Shown: piece after piece, positions 11,269-23,734 of the stretch
Position numbering within the stretch: the first letter of the stretch is position 1
How the letters are laid out: each line of letters starts with the position of its first letter
Source: Vicugna vicugna
Lineage: Eukaryota
Direction: 5' to 3'
NCBI GenBank assembly: GCA_013265495.1
Contig: MU058059.1
Coordinates: 1,116,001-1,180,000, forward strand
Length of the DNA stretch: 64,000 nucleotides
Position numbers and translations under genes: made by a program
Notes under the pieces: model-generated
Seen by the model: only the letters and a program-made list of their open reading frames with translations
The model's database searches: none
Told to the model about the DNA's origin: nothing

Positions 11269-12604
11269 CAGAAGAACTTTCGTTGTAAAAACCTCCACAT
11301 GCTAAAGGAAATATTAAAATGCTGGATCAAGAGGAGTGGCGACACTAAGACATCTGCAAATCATTAGCATCAATCAAGAAATCACTGCTTTACAAATCTT
11401 GCTAGGAGAATTCCTTGTCAGTTAGGAAAACGAGCTATCTCGGAGGAGAAATGAAACGGTGAAGTTTTGCTGAGTTAAGAGTAATTAGTGTAGACCCCCA
11501 AGGAGAGCAGATGTTGGCTTTCATTCTTTAAATACTAGACTGGAAAGTCCTGGATTATGGTACCAAATTATGATCTTCCAGGCAAGGCATTGCCATCTTT
11601 GTTCTCAGGCTTATTTCAAAGTGGAAGCTTTACCACCTGGGGTCTCAGGATGACCCGCCATCTGAATGGAAATGTGTAGTCACAGGAAGGAGCAGAAACA
11701 GGAATCCTCAGTGAGGAAATGTTTTTGAATTCTTGGGAAAACAACAGCTCTCCATTAGGCATGAAGCCAACTGATAACAAAAAAACCACTATTTTATTTC
11801 TTTCAATCAGAAATTTATCTGAAATGTCACCACGGTGTCGAAGTGACGTCCTGAGTATGAAATGAAGAGATTAGTTTGCTTCTTCCTCGTGAAGAGTTTC
11901 CCACACCTAGCAGGGAATTTGAGGTTCAGGCCATTTTTGTTAAATCCTTGGATATTTTATTCTGCAGAAAAGATAAAACTAGGGAGCAAAATTTCCCAGG
12001 TTCTGTTGAATATATATATTTTTTAAAATCCCATTTCCAACTTCCAAAACAAGCTAATGGCTCTTCAAAGGGTTTTGTAAACTTTTGACATTAGACAAAG
12101 ACCGCTGATTATTCACAGGAGACAAAAGTGGAAAGTGTTTCTGTTGAAACCACTTGTAATACGGTAAGTCATTAGCTTGTTCTGTTTTTCTGTGGAGGAA
12201 GTCAGCAGTGAATACATTCTGGTTCCAACGTGGGCCTAGATTCAGTGTGAAGTGGTCCATCAGATCTAGAATGCCGTAACTCAACACGCTGTTGCAGAGC
12301 CTCAGATCTCAGCCCCATAACGCTCACCGCCCAGTCAACTCTCTGAAGTTTCTTTTCCACAGAGAAAATCTACAGGACGTGGGCAGTCACAGAGATTTCA
12401 CAAAGGGTTCTTCTTTGACATTTTAATTCCCAGCAAAGCAAACAGAATATTTAATAGGTCAAGGATTATGGTGACTGGCAAAAAGTGTTTTGAAAATATA
12501 CTCATACACACACTGACTATATTCTACTAAAATACTGAAAGTATGGTTGTTTCTTTGTATAATTAGTGTTGCTTCTAATTAAGCATCCAAAAGGAAAGGC
12601 TTAC

Positions 12605-12908
12605 AGAAACAGACCCACAGACAGAGAAAACTGATTACGGGGAGGAAAGGGCAGGGAGGCACAGATTAGGAGTTTGGGATTAACAGATACATATTACTGC
12701 ATATAAAATAGATAAACAACAAGGACCTACTGTATAGCACAGGGAACGATATTCAACATCTTATAATGAGCCATAATGGAAAAGAAACTGAAAAATATAT
12801 ATGTATGTATATGTATAACTGAATTGCTTAGCTATACACCTGAAACTAACACTGTAAATTGAGTATACTTCCATAAAAAATAAGAATAAAAAAAGTAAAA
12901 CATTGTAT
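12605..12908 (+). mobile_element. 5'-truncated cetartiodactyl-type L1 3' end with 15-bp TSD
   Basis: ggagtttgggattaacagatac...caaggacctactgtatagcacagggaac, A-rich tail; TSD aaaggaaaggcttac at 12590-12604 and 12909-12923. Confidence 0.93.
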
Positions 12909-13099
12909 AAAGGAAAGGCTTACGGTGTTTTATTTGTTGCTACCAAAGAGTTCGGACTGAAATACATGCTCTTTAAATTTCTACCCCACCTTGAAAGTTG
13001 GAAATTGAACCCTCGGGTTTGTTTTCTATCTTCAGGGCTCCCTGGAGGAGCCCGTCACGACATGCTGTGATTGGAGTCCAGGGACAGCCACCCATCTGA

Positions 13100-13710
13100 T
13101 AACTGCGGAGCAGGTGGGAAGTGCTTCAGCGCCGGCTTCAGCAACCAAGCAACCGTGAAGCCAAGCCGGCTTCACGGACCTGCCGGTCTTCTGCGCGGCT
13201 GGTTGACTGACCGGGCCCTGAAGAGCGCGCTCCTGTGAGCCGTCTCTGTACGACGCGCTGTGCTAGACGCCGAGTCACAAGGCGCGCAGGGGAGGAACCG
13301 CGCCTGCCTCCAGGGGGCTGGGGGTGGGCGGATACGCAGCGAAGAGCTGCAGCCCTTGCTAAGTGCTTGGAAGGAGGAGTTGGGCGCTCTGGGAGTGAAA
13401 AGCAGGGAGCATCCGGTGCAGAGAAGGGATTGGAGAGTGGACACCAGCTGGGAAGCCCGGAAGAGGAGGCCAGGGTGTTGCTCTAGAGGTTCTGGAAAGT
13501 ACCTCCCCCGGGGCTACCTGCAGGTTCAGAGGGAAACTACCAGACCCAGTGGCATGTCCTGCACAAAACTGCAGGGTGCTGGGAGCTGGCCTGGGGCAGG
13601 ACGGCCTTCTCAGAGCCCTGCCCGCAGCCGTCGGCCCCGCTCCACTCCAGGCGCCCTGAGAAGCGCTGCGTCCTTCCTTCCCAGAGCGGCCGAAGTCACT
13701 CCAGACACGG
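13100..13710. promoter_or_regulatory. CpG-island-like GC-rich patch
   Basis: About 25 CpGs in 13100-13345 by hand count, several CGCG, GC-box-like gggtgggcgg; non-repetitive. Confidence 0.5.
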
Positions 13711-13855
13711 ATTTCTTAACCACTTTCACATCCTTTACATAGTTGAATGCTTCAGGTTTGTCCTCAGTTTTAAACCCAATTCTTATGGGCAAAGCACTTG
13801 AAGCGAGTGCCTCAGAATCACACAAAGTCAGATTTCCTTTGTCTAATGAGGCTTT

Positions 13856-14332
13856 TTGAAACTGGTGGTGAAAAACTTATAATGTGAAATTTTCCATAGT
13901 AACCATTTCAAGTGGACGGTTCAGTAGTGTAAGTACATTCACATTGTTGACAGCCAACCTCCAGACCTCTTCCCACCTTGGTGAAAATGAATACTCTGTA
14001 CCCGTTAAATAACTCTCCACGCCCTCCCGCCCGCCGGCCCCTGGCAACCACTGTTCTACTTTCTGCCTCTGTGAATCTGCCGACTCTGGGTCCCTGATGC
14101 AAGCGGCATCACGCAGCATTTGTCCTTTTGTGACTGGCTCATTCTACTGAGCACCGTGTCCTCAAGGTTCATCCGCGTGATAGTCGGTCTCAGAAGTTCG
14201 TCCCTTTTGAAGGCTGAATAGAATTCCCTTCTTGGCAGAGACCCTGTTTTGTTTATCCATTCATCCGTCAACGGACACTTGGGTTGCTTCCAGTTGTTGG
14301 TTCTTGTGAATAATGCTGCTATGACCGTGGGT
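13856..14332 (-). mobile_element. L1MB-like 3' fragment
   Basis: gtacattcacattgttg...ctggcaaccactgttctactttctg...ggacacttgggttgcttcca. Confidence 0.88.
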
Positions 14333-14467
14333 TAACTGGCAACTCTTTAAACAATCATGAATGAGAATCATACACCTACCCCTAAAGAGTAAATTGATAA
14401 GACAGAAATAATTGTTGGGGAAATAATTTCAGGGAAGCTGACTATGAGACACAACTATATCTCATGC

Positions 14468-14560
14468 TCGATGTGTGAGCCTGGGCAAGGCAAGTCCGCC
14501 TTTCGGCATCAGTTTCCGCATCCAGGAGAGCAGGGGGTAATGCTCCATCTTCAGGGTCCG
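14468..14560 (+). mobile_element. MIR fragment
   Basis: tgtgtgagcctgggcaag...tcagtttccgcatc. Confidence 0.55.
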
Positions 14561-15397
14561 CACAGGATCCTGAGCACCCCTTGGAAGGCAGCCTAGGGTT
14601 CTAGCCAATTAAGGGTTCGGTTAACATGGATGCAATATAACATCTTTATTCATGGGGCTGTCCTCGGTCTTTAAATGATCTCATGCACATGTGGGTTTTT
14701 CTTTTTCCCTCTTAATCTTCTCATCCTGGGAGACAAGGGGAAATTAAGGTCAGCAACTTTTCAAAGGAATTTAGAAGCGAAATAATAGGGGCTTTTTTTC
14801 TATGTGGAAACCTATGAAAAGAATGCTAAGTGCTTTCCTTAGCTTCCCCTTGTGAAATGACACAGGCTTAAGAGGGTCTGTCTAATAGCCAAGCAATTTG
14901 CATTGGAATATAAGTGGGCTCCTTTGTCTCTGTCAAATGCAATTTAGTGAAATGGCTACCCCAAAAAGCCCAGATTTAGAGCACATTATGGTCTGAGCTA
15001 AAGACCCAGCTAAGATCTTCACGGCCTATGAATTGTGTTAAGGACGGTCTCATCAGCTGAGTGACTGCAGTCCTAACCCTGTCCTCGCTGGTGACCCGGA
15101 AGCTTGGATCCCCACTCTGTCTCACGTGCTGGGAGTCAAAGGGGGAGAGAACCATCTTCTCACGCGTCCACACAAACTCCTGCTTGTCCTGACAGGTTTC
15201 TTTAGTGCTTGTCCTTGAAGGATGGTTCATAGGCTCGTTTACGAAGAATCTGGCTTGACACTCTGCAGACACACAGGAAGGGGCTATCTTTCAAAAGAAA
15301 ATGTCCCCACAGTTGAAATTGTCTTGTGGAAAGACACAAAATGCAAGGGAGCCAGATTTATTAGGCTTGCACGTCAACCCTCAGTTTATAGAAAGTT

Positions 15398-15589
15398 TAG
15401 GTTTTCTAGATCAAATAGAGGACATCCAGTCTGAGTATCAAATAAATAATCAAACTTTTTTTAGTACACATATGTCCCAAAGAGTGGGACACAGAACATA
15501 CCTATACTAAGAAAACAAATTGTTATTTACCTGAAATTCAAATTTAACTTGACATGCTGTATTTTTATTTGCTAAATCTGGCAACCCTA
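15398..15589. mobile_element. MER53 palindromic non-autonomous DNA element
   Basis: Ends tttgctaaatctggcaacccta; internal tatgtcccaa...tgggaca and ttatttacctgaaattcaaatttaac; self-complementary arms. Confidence 0.88.
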
Positions 15590-16904
15590 AGGCTGTGTGA
15601 AACCATGTGGTCGGTTTGTTCAGTTTCAAAAACATCAGAACTCTTACGAGATGGGGGTTTATGATCTAAGAGGCTCTCAAACACGTGTGCTAATTGAAAT
15701 CAGGTTTCACTGACTGAGACACAAAACTGCAGCGGACCAAAACTATTGTGTGAACTTAAAAACAAAGCCTTTTAAAAAATATAACTGAAAATCCCAGTGC
15801 AATGGATAAAAATAAATATGCCTGCAGCACTAAAAACTATCCAGAGTAAGTGCAGGAAAAAGCAGGTCGGAGGATTGTTCTCGACTCCATATCCTTTCAT
15901 TTTCATGGAACTCTACATTTGTGGAGTAGCTCTAAATAAACACAACAGCTGAAGCAGATGTTTCTCTTCTCTTAGCCCAGAGTTACATAATGAATTAGAA
16001 AGAGGATGGAATAAATTTTAAATGGAGAAGATGGTTTTATTAGATGTAAAAATTCATGGTGAATGGAAGAGTTGAGTGATGAATAGCATTTTTATAAACC
16101 AATGATTTAAAGATTTTCAAAACCCCTGAACAGGTGTCTCACAAGGAATTTGCTCTTGCAGAAATAGCTCAGAATATTCGAGTGGGTCTGTGCACCAGGT
16201 TCCAGTCTTCCCCTCTACCTGTTTACAGGTCACCTCTTAAAAACTTGACCAATCATACGATACGAGCCAACGGTGGGCTTGTGGCCACAGGACTGTCCAT
16301 TAGTAATTGGAGGTGAGCCAGAATTACACTAGGCAATATGAGATTTCTTGAGCCAAAAGATACAATTAAACCAAAAAGGGACACATTCAATTGCTCAGGG
16401 GTGCATTACTGGAAAACCGTAGGCTCCCAACCTGGCAAAGATGGAATGCCAACTTTATGGACGGTGCACAGTTGATGGGGACACGGTCTTGATTTTTAAA
16501 TGTGTATTGATCAGCGATTTCCAAGAGAAGAGCGAGCATCTATTTCAAGCAGAAGAAAAAGATTCTGGTTCTTTCTTCCTTTCAAAACGAAAGGCAGAGG
16601 ACGGCTGAGCCAGTGTACCTCACCAGCTAGCCATGCTCACCCAATATTAACCAAAGCTAACCCTCCAGCCTAAGTTGGCTTCCTATTTGGAAGTAGCATA
16701 ATGAATACATATGACAATGCATCTGTTGAGAGCTCTGTAAAGGTTTTGTGTCTTCCTTTCTGGAAGGGTGAGGAAGGGGAGGTGATCCACAGTGATCCCT
16801 TTCAAGATCTAAGAATGGGGAAGGGGCTCCCTCAGTCCTCGGAAGAGACAATACAACGAACTGATCGTCACACACCTTGCTTCAACCTTGTCTTCCCTTC
16901 ACTG

Positions 16905-17335
16905 TTTTTTAAAAATTGAATTATATATAATGTTATGTTAATTTCTGGTATACAGCCTGGTAATTCATTTATACATATATATATTCCTTTCATTTTTTTT
17001 CCATTATAGGCATTTACAAGGTGTTGGATATAGTTCCCTGTGCTCTACAGCAGGACCTTGCTGTTTATCCATTTTATATATAGTAGTTAGTATCTGCAAA
17101 TCCCAAACTCCTAAGTTATCCCTCCCCCCGATAACCATAAGTTTGTTTTCTATGTCTGCGAGTCTGTAAATAAGCTCATTTGTGTCTCTTTTTTTAGATT
17201 CCACACATAAGCAATATCATATGGTATTTTTCTTTCTCTTTCTGGCTTACTTCACTTAGTATGATGATCTCCAGGTCCATCCATGCTGCTGCAAATGGCA
17301 TTCTTCTATTCTTTTTTACATCTGAGTAGTATTTC

Positions 17336-17337
<2 letters not shown>
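16905..17337 (-). mobile_element. Cetartiodactyl-type L1 3' end
   Basis: gatatagttccctgtgctctacagcaggaccttg...; minus ORF remnants PFAAAWMDLEIIILSEVSQKEKEKYHMILLMCGI. Confidence 0.93.

Positions 17338-17389
<52 letters not shown>
17338..17389. repeat. (TG)n microsatellite
   Basis: About 26 TG units, followed by a polypyrimidine tract to ~17482. Confidence 0.97.
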
Positions 17390-17391
<2 letters not shown>

Positions 17392-18887
17392 ACACATTTC
17401 TCTCCCCTCATGTCTAACTTCCTTCCTCCCTCCCTCCCTCCCTCCTCCCCCCTCCTCCCCTTCCTGCCTTTTTTTCTTTCTTTAATGTTTCTAATAAACC
17501 TTTGATAATCAACACCCCAAATTTCCTAGAGAGATCTGGAATTGCACTTCAACCTCTTGAAGGGCATCTGGTAGCTTGTAAATTCCTCTGGGTTCCACCT
17601 GTTTACAAAAGGGGAGTCTCTCCAGCGGCTGGGGAGCTTCTACCTTTATTCATATACATCAAGATTCTTGATTCTTATTTTCTCCTGATAAGGTCCCAAT
17701 GTCTTCTTTATGTGCATTTTGCAAACACATCAAACAACGATACTTTGTTTTAAAAATTAAGTTGTACTTACACAAACAAAAGCTAAAGCTATTACAAAAT
17801 CTTAGGATTGATTTTTCTTACTGGGGACCTCCATAGCTAAGGATTATTTTTTAATTTTGAAAATAAATTGCAATTTCCAAATTGATTTCAAAATCTAGGA
17901 GCTTTATTTAATAGTCATTATAGATCTAGATGCCTTTATCTTAAAGCGTTCATTAAATGTAATTAGCAGAAAAGTAGGCAGCTAGCAAAAAATAATAGTG
18001 TGATTTGATAGAACTCCAAAGTATCAATAATACTGCAGTGTGGCCGCAACTGCAAGGTTCTCTAAGTGCTGATGCAATCAGCATGAGCTTGACTGTGGCT
18101 TCTCCTATGCACAGAAATGGGAACATCTCTGCACCCTAAACCTCTCTGTAAATCCAAGATGGGAAGCCTGGGACCACCACAAATGTGTACTTTGAAAGGC
18201 AATCCAAGCAGAAATGAGGAGAAGCTATGTGATTTAACAAAAAGTTTTTGATGTTTATGCCCCTTTCATGGCAGTCTGAACCTCTGGAGTATATGGAACT
18301 CAGTCTGTACCTATCTGGCTGACCGCAGAACACGGAGGGAGCGTGCCCAGAGCACACAGCGGGGCTTTCCTGCTTGCAGAGTGTCGGATCACTTGTGTCA
18401 TGGCTACGTTTCCACTTGTACAGAGCACCTTTGTGGGGCATTCCTATTTCTCAATAGGGCTTGCTAAGATTTTCTTTTTATTATTCTGTTGCCTTGTACA
18501 AGACATTCTTTTTAAACAGTATTTAATACTGGAAACTGGCGATGATATTATCTCATCCGGGTGGTCCAGGCAATTGTCACTGCCTGAAAATAAATAAAAG
18601 GGAAATTTGCATAGAAATAAGGGCATGTAGGCAAAAATAATTGCAATTTTTCATCACCACGAATGAATCAGTTATTAGCATAGGACGAGGAAATAGGAAT
18701 CATGACCTCTGATATTGAAAGGCATTTGCCTAAAGAGCTAGCATGTTAGAAAATACGATACTTCTGAAAGAGTTTCTCTTCGTAGTTCTGACTCGGGACA
18801 ATTTCAGAGCACACCTGGGAAAATACCCCGAGGAAAAGCAGTGTTTATTTCATAATTGTTTTGGAACTAAATGGAATTTGGTGCCAA

Positions 18888-18968
18888 TTTTTTTTTAATT
18901 TTTAAATTTTTGATTGAAGTATAATTGATTTACAATGCTGTGTTAGTCTCTGGTGTACAGCATAGTGT
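18888..18968 (-). mobile_element. Short L1 3'-terminal fragment
   Basis: T-run plus attgaagtataattgatttacaatgctgtgttagtctctggtgtacagcatagtg. Confidence 0.8.
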
Positions 18969-19089
18969 TTACAATATCTCGGTTCTAATGTTTTTATTAA
19001 TAAAGGAAGAATTAACCTAAGCAAACAGCTTCAGCTGTTAAAAACTCTATTTGAAATCCTTTTTGATGGTTAAAGGTATTAGAGATGGA

Positions 19090-19183
19090 GAGCACATTTT
19101 TCCCCCAAAGGCAGATTTTTCAAAAGTTCAGGTCACAGTGAGCACATTTTTCTCCCAAAGGCGAATTTTCAAAAGTTCGAGGT
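19090..19183. repeat. Imperfect tandem duplication, period 50 bp
   Basis: gagcacatttttc(c/t)cccaaaggc...ttttcaaaagttc(g)aggt at 19090 and 19140. Confidence 0.9.
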
Positions 19184-19642
19184 AGAGATCCAGCAATATC
19201 GAGGGTTAGTTACATTGTCAGGGTGGTATCTGGCTTGGTGAGCACTCAGCCATAGAGGCTGGAAGCAGATGGACTTGCTAGGAGCCCTGCCATCTCGCTC
19301 TAAAGGACGGACTAGAACCATCTTGGTATAAAGGATTGTCACACCTATCCGTTGCTGGGAAAGAGGAAGTGTGTGGGCACTGCGTTTCAGCACTTTTTCA
19401 TAAAAATGCTCTGTTGTTTACACTGCTCTACAGTCTCCCTGGAGACTCTGAGCCCCTCCCTTTCCCCTTTCCCTTCTAAATACCCTGAAGCTCAGATGCT
19501 CATAGACTTCCTGGCACCACCTCTAACAAAGTCAGAAATTGTATAAAGAACGGAGCTACCTTCCAAGTCTACTTGAGCAAATGACTTTTCCCCAGCATCA
19601 GCCTCCTGTGTATATTCCCAGTACCTTCCGCCTTACTACCTA

Positions 19643-19800
19643 CTCGGTACACAAATTGTGGTCCACAGATCAGCGGCAACAGCCTCATCCAGGAGCTCGA
19701 CAGAGACATGGAATCTCGGGCCCCATCGCAGACACACTGAATCAGAACCTTCATTTTAATGACTCGTATCACATGCATCTTAAACTATGAGAAGCCTTAG
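19643..19800 (-). mobile_element. MER5A-like hAT element
   Basis: gtggtccacagatcagc...aatctcgggcccca...actgaatcagaacc...tgagaagc. Confidence 0.7.
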
Positions 19801-20559
19801 TCTTCTTGAGCTGCTAGATTCTGCACACTTTGTACGTCTGAGCCATTAAGACTCATCTTCATCTTCTAATAAGGACCCTTGCATGCTGGTTACCACGTGC
19901 TTGGTTTCCTTTGGCCCCTGTTACTGTGGGAAGACGCAGATTTGTTTCCAGTCACCCAAGCCTTCCCTATTCTTACTCCTCTACTTGAGTAATAGAACTA
20001 CTTTCCTGTCTACATGTATCTGAACCCTAATTATTTGTAACCCTGCTGAAGACCTACCCATGAGGCGTGTGGTCAAGAGAACACAGTTCAGTGACTAATG
20101 AGTAATTTCAAGATAAATGTGTAACTGTATTTCTCAAATATCATGAAGTGTACACTTTTCAAAACTCCCTTTGTCTCTCGCATCTTTTTTCATAGACCAT
20201 CATCCTCCCGCCCTCTCTCCATCACTCTTTTCCAAAAGCGTAACATAAAACTCCTCCGTAGTCCTAGCCTGCCTATTTCTTCTTCTAGCCTTTTTCTCTT
20301 TTTGCTCCATTCTGCATCTAGAAAGTCAAAGAAATGAGTCGGCCGTAGTGGATCCTCCTCCAAAAGAATGGGAATGTACGGAAACAAAACGAACAAAGGC
20401 CACAGTGCAGAGGAAGGCTGGGAGCCCCGGTCCACTAATAACATCCTCCGTGTCCCTCGGGCCCCTTCATGTCTGCACGTCTCTCTATTTGACCGTTTGT
20501 GGTGGAGACGGCTTGCTCTTATCAGATTTCAGCTCTCATCAGATTTCCGTTCTCTCTTT

Positions 20560-21140
20560 CTTCATGAGCAATTGGCTGGAAGATGTTTTCCAGCCTCCTG
20601 GATTCTAGGTGGGGACATATGATTTGTTCTCACCAGCAATAACGGGAGCCCACGTTGGGGTGTCAATCTCAGGGCTGAGGCATCTCTGAGTGATGGGGCT
20701 TCCCTCTTGTCCTTTATTAGTGACTAAATGTAGAAGATCTAGTGCTGGACAATGGTCCTAGGGCAAAGGCTCTTAACCGAGGGTGGAGGAGGACGCAGGG
20801 GCCGAGGGAGGGTTGGAAGTAGTTTTGAACCTCACGTGACATTTGACAATATCAGAGGGAGGCATTTCAGGTTGTCTAATCAAGGTTGCTACTGGTCTCT
20901 AGTGGGTGGAGGCCAGGGACACGCTCAACATGATACGATGCACAGGACAGCCGCCTGCAGCAGAATGGTCCAGCCCCACGTGCCAACAGTGCTAAGATGG
21001 CGAAGCCCTGTCCTGGAGGACGGTGGAGCCACCAGATGGCCCGAGCCTGGGTCCTTTCCTGAGCACCCCAAAACCCAACTGCTGACACGCACGAAACTGT
21101 GAAAGAAGCAAGAAATAAACCCTTTGTGGGTTTGTGGGTG
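20560..21140 (+). mobile_element. Old MLT1 (MaLR) LTR split by MER20
   Basis: ctaggtggggacatatgatttgttctc... before the MER20, and gacggtggagccaccagatgg...gagcctgggtcc...caagaaataaacc after it. Confidence 0.6.
20764..21010. mobile_element. MER20 hAT-Charlie element
   Basis: tgctactggtctctagtgggtggaggccagggacacgct...gatgcacaggacagcc; degenerate 8-bp TSD tcctaggg/tcctggag. Confidence 0.85.
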
Positions 21141-23414
21141 CAGGCATTGAGCTTTGAGGGCTGTCTGTTCTGGCTGTGAGCCCACCCTGACCCGTAACGC
21201 AGAGCACTGCCTCCATCTGAGTCCCAGGGTGGTTCTGCTGGTCTGCTGTGCGATGGTCCATTTTATCCTGGGACTTTGAAAAAAGCTGAGCATTGTTATG
21301 AAAATGACACCTCTTGGTTAGCAGCAGCAGACATTTACCACAACCTATGCATTTCCATCACTGCACATCAGAGCCCACTCCGGGGCTGAGGGCAGGTTCC
21401 CATGGTTATTAAAGAATCACAGAGACTCAGGACCTCTCTGTTGTCTGTGTTCCCATCCTGAGGAAAGTGTGCGGCTAATTGGCCTCAATTGCTGTGTGAA
21501 GTGGCTTCATTTGGGATTAAGATCACGGCACCACTTCCATTCCGGTACTTTCTCAAATGAGGGAAGGCGTATCCTTCTACGGATTCAGATTCATAATGTT
21601 CGGTTTGGTTTTGTAAACGTCATAGACAACTGAAAGGGAAGCCAGGTTATCCGCAGGCTCCTAGAACCTGGAAGATAAAAGGTGACCGCCTTGCCCGGTG
21701 TGACTGAGTGGTGGCTGTGGACCACCACGTGGACTCCTTGTTCTTAGGCGTGAAGAGGTTGACATCGAGTGGCTAAGGGACCTGCCCAGACAGGAGAACG
21801 GAGGTAAAAACCCCACGTCCACTAACAGCCTTTGTTATCCTCTGCCTCCTGGTTGCTTTCAGAGGCAACATTTCTGTTGTCTTGTTTGTGTGCGTCCTTT
21901 TTCATTTACGAAGAGTTTGGCTGCTCCACGCGGCAGTTGGAGAGGGGGTTTCTGCAGTTTCATACTGATCTCCCCTGCTCAGCTGTATAATTAGCTGTGA
22001 ACGTTTCATTACAATCAGCGTTCTTCCCCGGTTCTCCACGACCCTTGAGTCACGAGTTCCCAGACCTCTCTGAATGCTGTCAGTTAATTAATTTTGCTGT
22101 CTGATGGGAAGATGTAAAACATGGAACCTGGAGCCTTGATGGAAAGATCATATCTAATGACCACATTATCCTCCATATTAAGGGAGCTTTATCAGGAACC
22201 CCAACAGAGGACCAAGTCAACAAAGCCGTTCTCTCTCGTTCCAGCAGAGAGGCGTGAGCCTTGCCAATCAACGCTGATTCGAAGAAGTGCTGTATTTAGT
22301 TACACATGAACGTAACTCTAGAGTGTCATTCTTATTGAAGGGAAAAGATGCCGATGACTCAAAGGAGAGAAATATTCCACTGCATTACTTTGAACGTGGG
22401 ATACGGTCAGGGGCACACACACTCAGGAACTAACACGAGCCTCTCTTAGTCTCCCCCCTAGGCAGGTCCTACAGACATTCCTGGAAAGGACAGAGCAGGT
22501 GACAGTGAGTGACTCACACAGGAGAGGATCCAGTGATGGATTATTAAGAGCCAACTATAATGTGTCGTTTGAATTCAAAGGAGACACTCTGGAGCAAGAG
22601 GGAGGGGGTCCTCCCAGTCCTTTCCACACTGTGTGCTGGTACAACTTGCGTGTTCAGCCACAGCTGTGTTTTCAGCATCTCTCACGATCTGTAGCTCTGT
22701 CCCTCTCAGGAGACCTAACGCCTCCGATAAAAAAGAACCTTGTTCATTTTTTTTCTTTTTTTGATGAGGTCAAACTGTTCTGTTGGATAACTTGTCTCCA
22801 CTGGCTTTGCAACCATAATGCCCATTTCAAGTGGTCTTTTTCCCCCTGTTTATACATCTTGTGGCAAACTCAGACTCAAAATATTCCTCTCATTGAATGA
22901 AGGAGCAAGCTCATCCAGAATACCTTTGGGTCCAATCCATGGGCACCATGCAGGGGCGAAAAGGGACTTAAGGCAAGCTAATGGGATGCATTCCAAGGAT
23001 CAGCGTCTGTGATAATGGTCTTCTCATAAAATTTCGTGTGGCTTCCTGAAAAGTGTAATGAAACTGGGGAAGAGGCTAAGTGTCATATCTGGGTAAGTTT
23101 CAGCCTTGCAGCCTTATAGAAAACGGACCAGGCGAGGGCAAGGTGAGGGGCTGCATCTGCATGAGGGACATGCCAGCTCAACGGGTGAATCAGTGCACGT
23201 GTTTAGGGTGGGAAAGGCTTGGTTAAGACGAGAAACGTCTTGGTGTTTAGTTAGCTATCACTGACTAAAGCCCTTGTTTTATTTTCTTTCCTGCTCCTTC
23301 CACCCCATTTTCACTGCTGGAACGGCTCCGATGGAAGTTCCCATTTCCTCCCCACGTACGCATCCACTCCATACGCTAACTAACCACTCTGGGAACTTCT
23401 GGTTTGATGTGGAG

Positions 23415-23655
23415 AACGTCAAGTATTCTGGAGCCCTGCCTCGGGAAAACAGACCCATACATGCTGAATTCCAGTTTCACTGCTACCATGGCCATATGTT
23501 CTTTGATAAGCTCTTTAATTTTTTTCTGAGCTGTTTTCTCATCTGCAGAGTGTGGATAATAATAGCACCTACTCTATAGATGTTTTGTGTGAATTAAAAT
23601 AATGGGCCAGACGCTTAGCAACAGGCCAGCTGTGCAGCAAGTGTTCTGCGGACTG
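23415..23655 (+). mobile_element. MIR
   Basis: ttttctcatctgcagagtgtggataataatagcacctact...gaattaaa. Confidence 0.8.
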
Positions 23656-23734
23656 TGACGGTCGCCGGATCCTTTTCATGATGCTTCTGTCGTAATTGTT
23701 ACTGTCAGAAGGCTGGTCAGCTCGGCCTTCAGGA

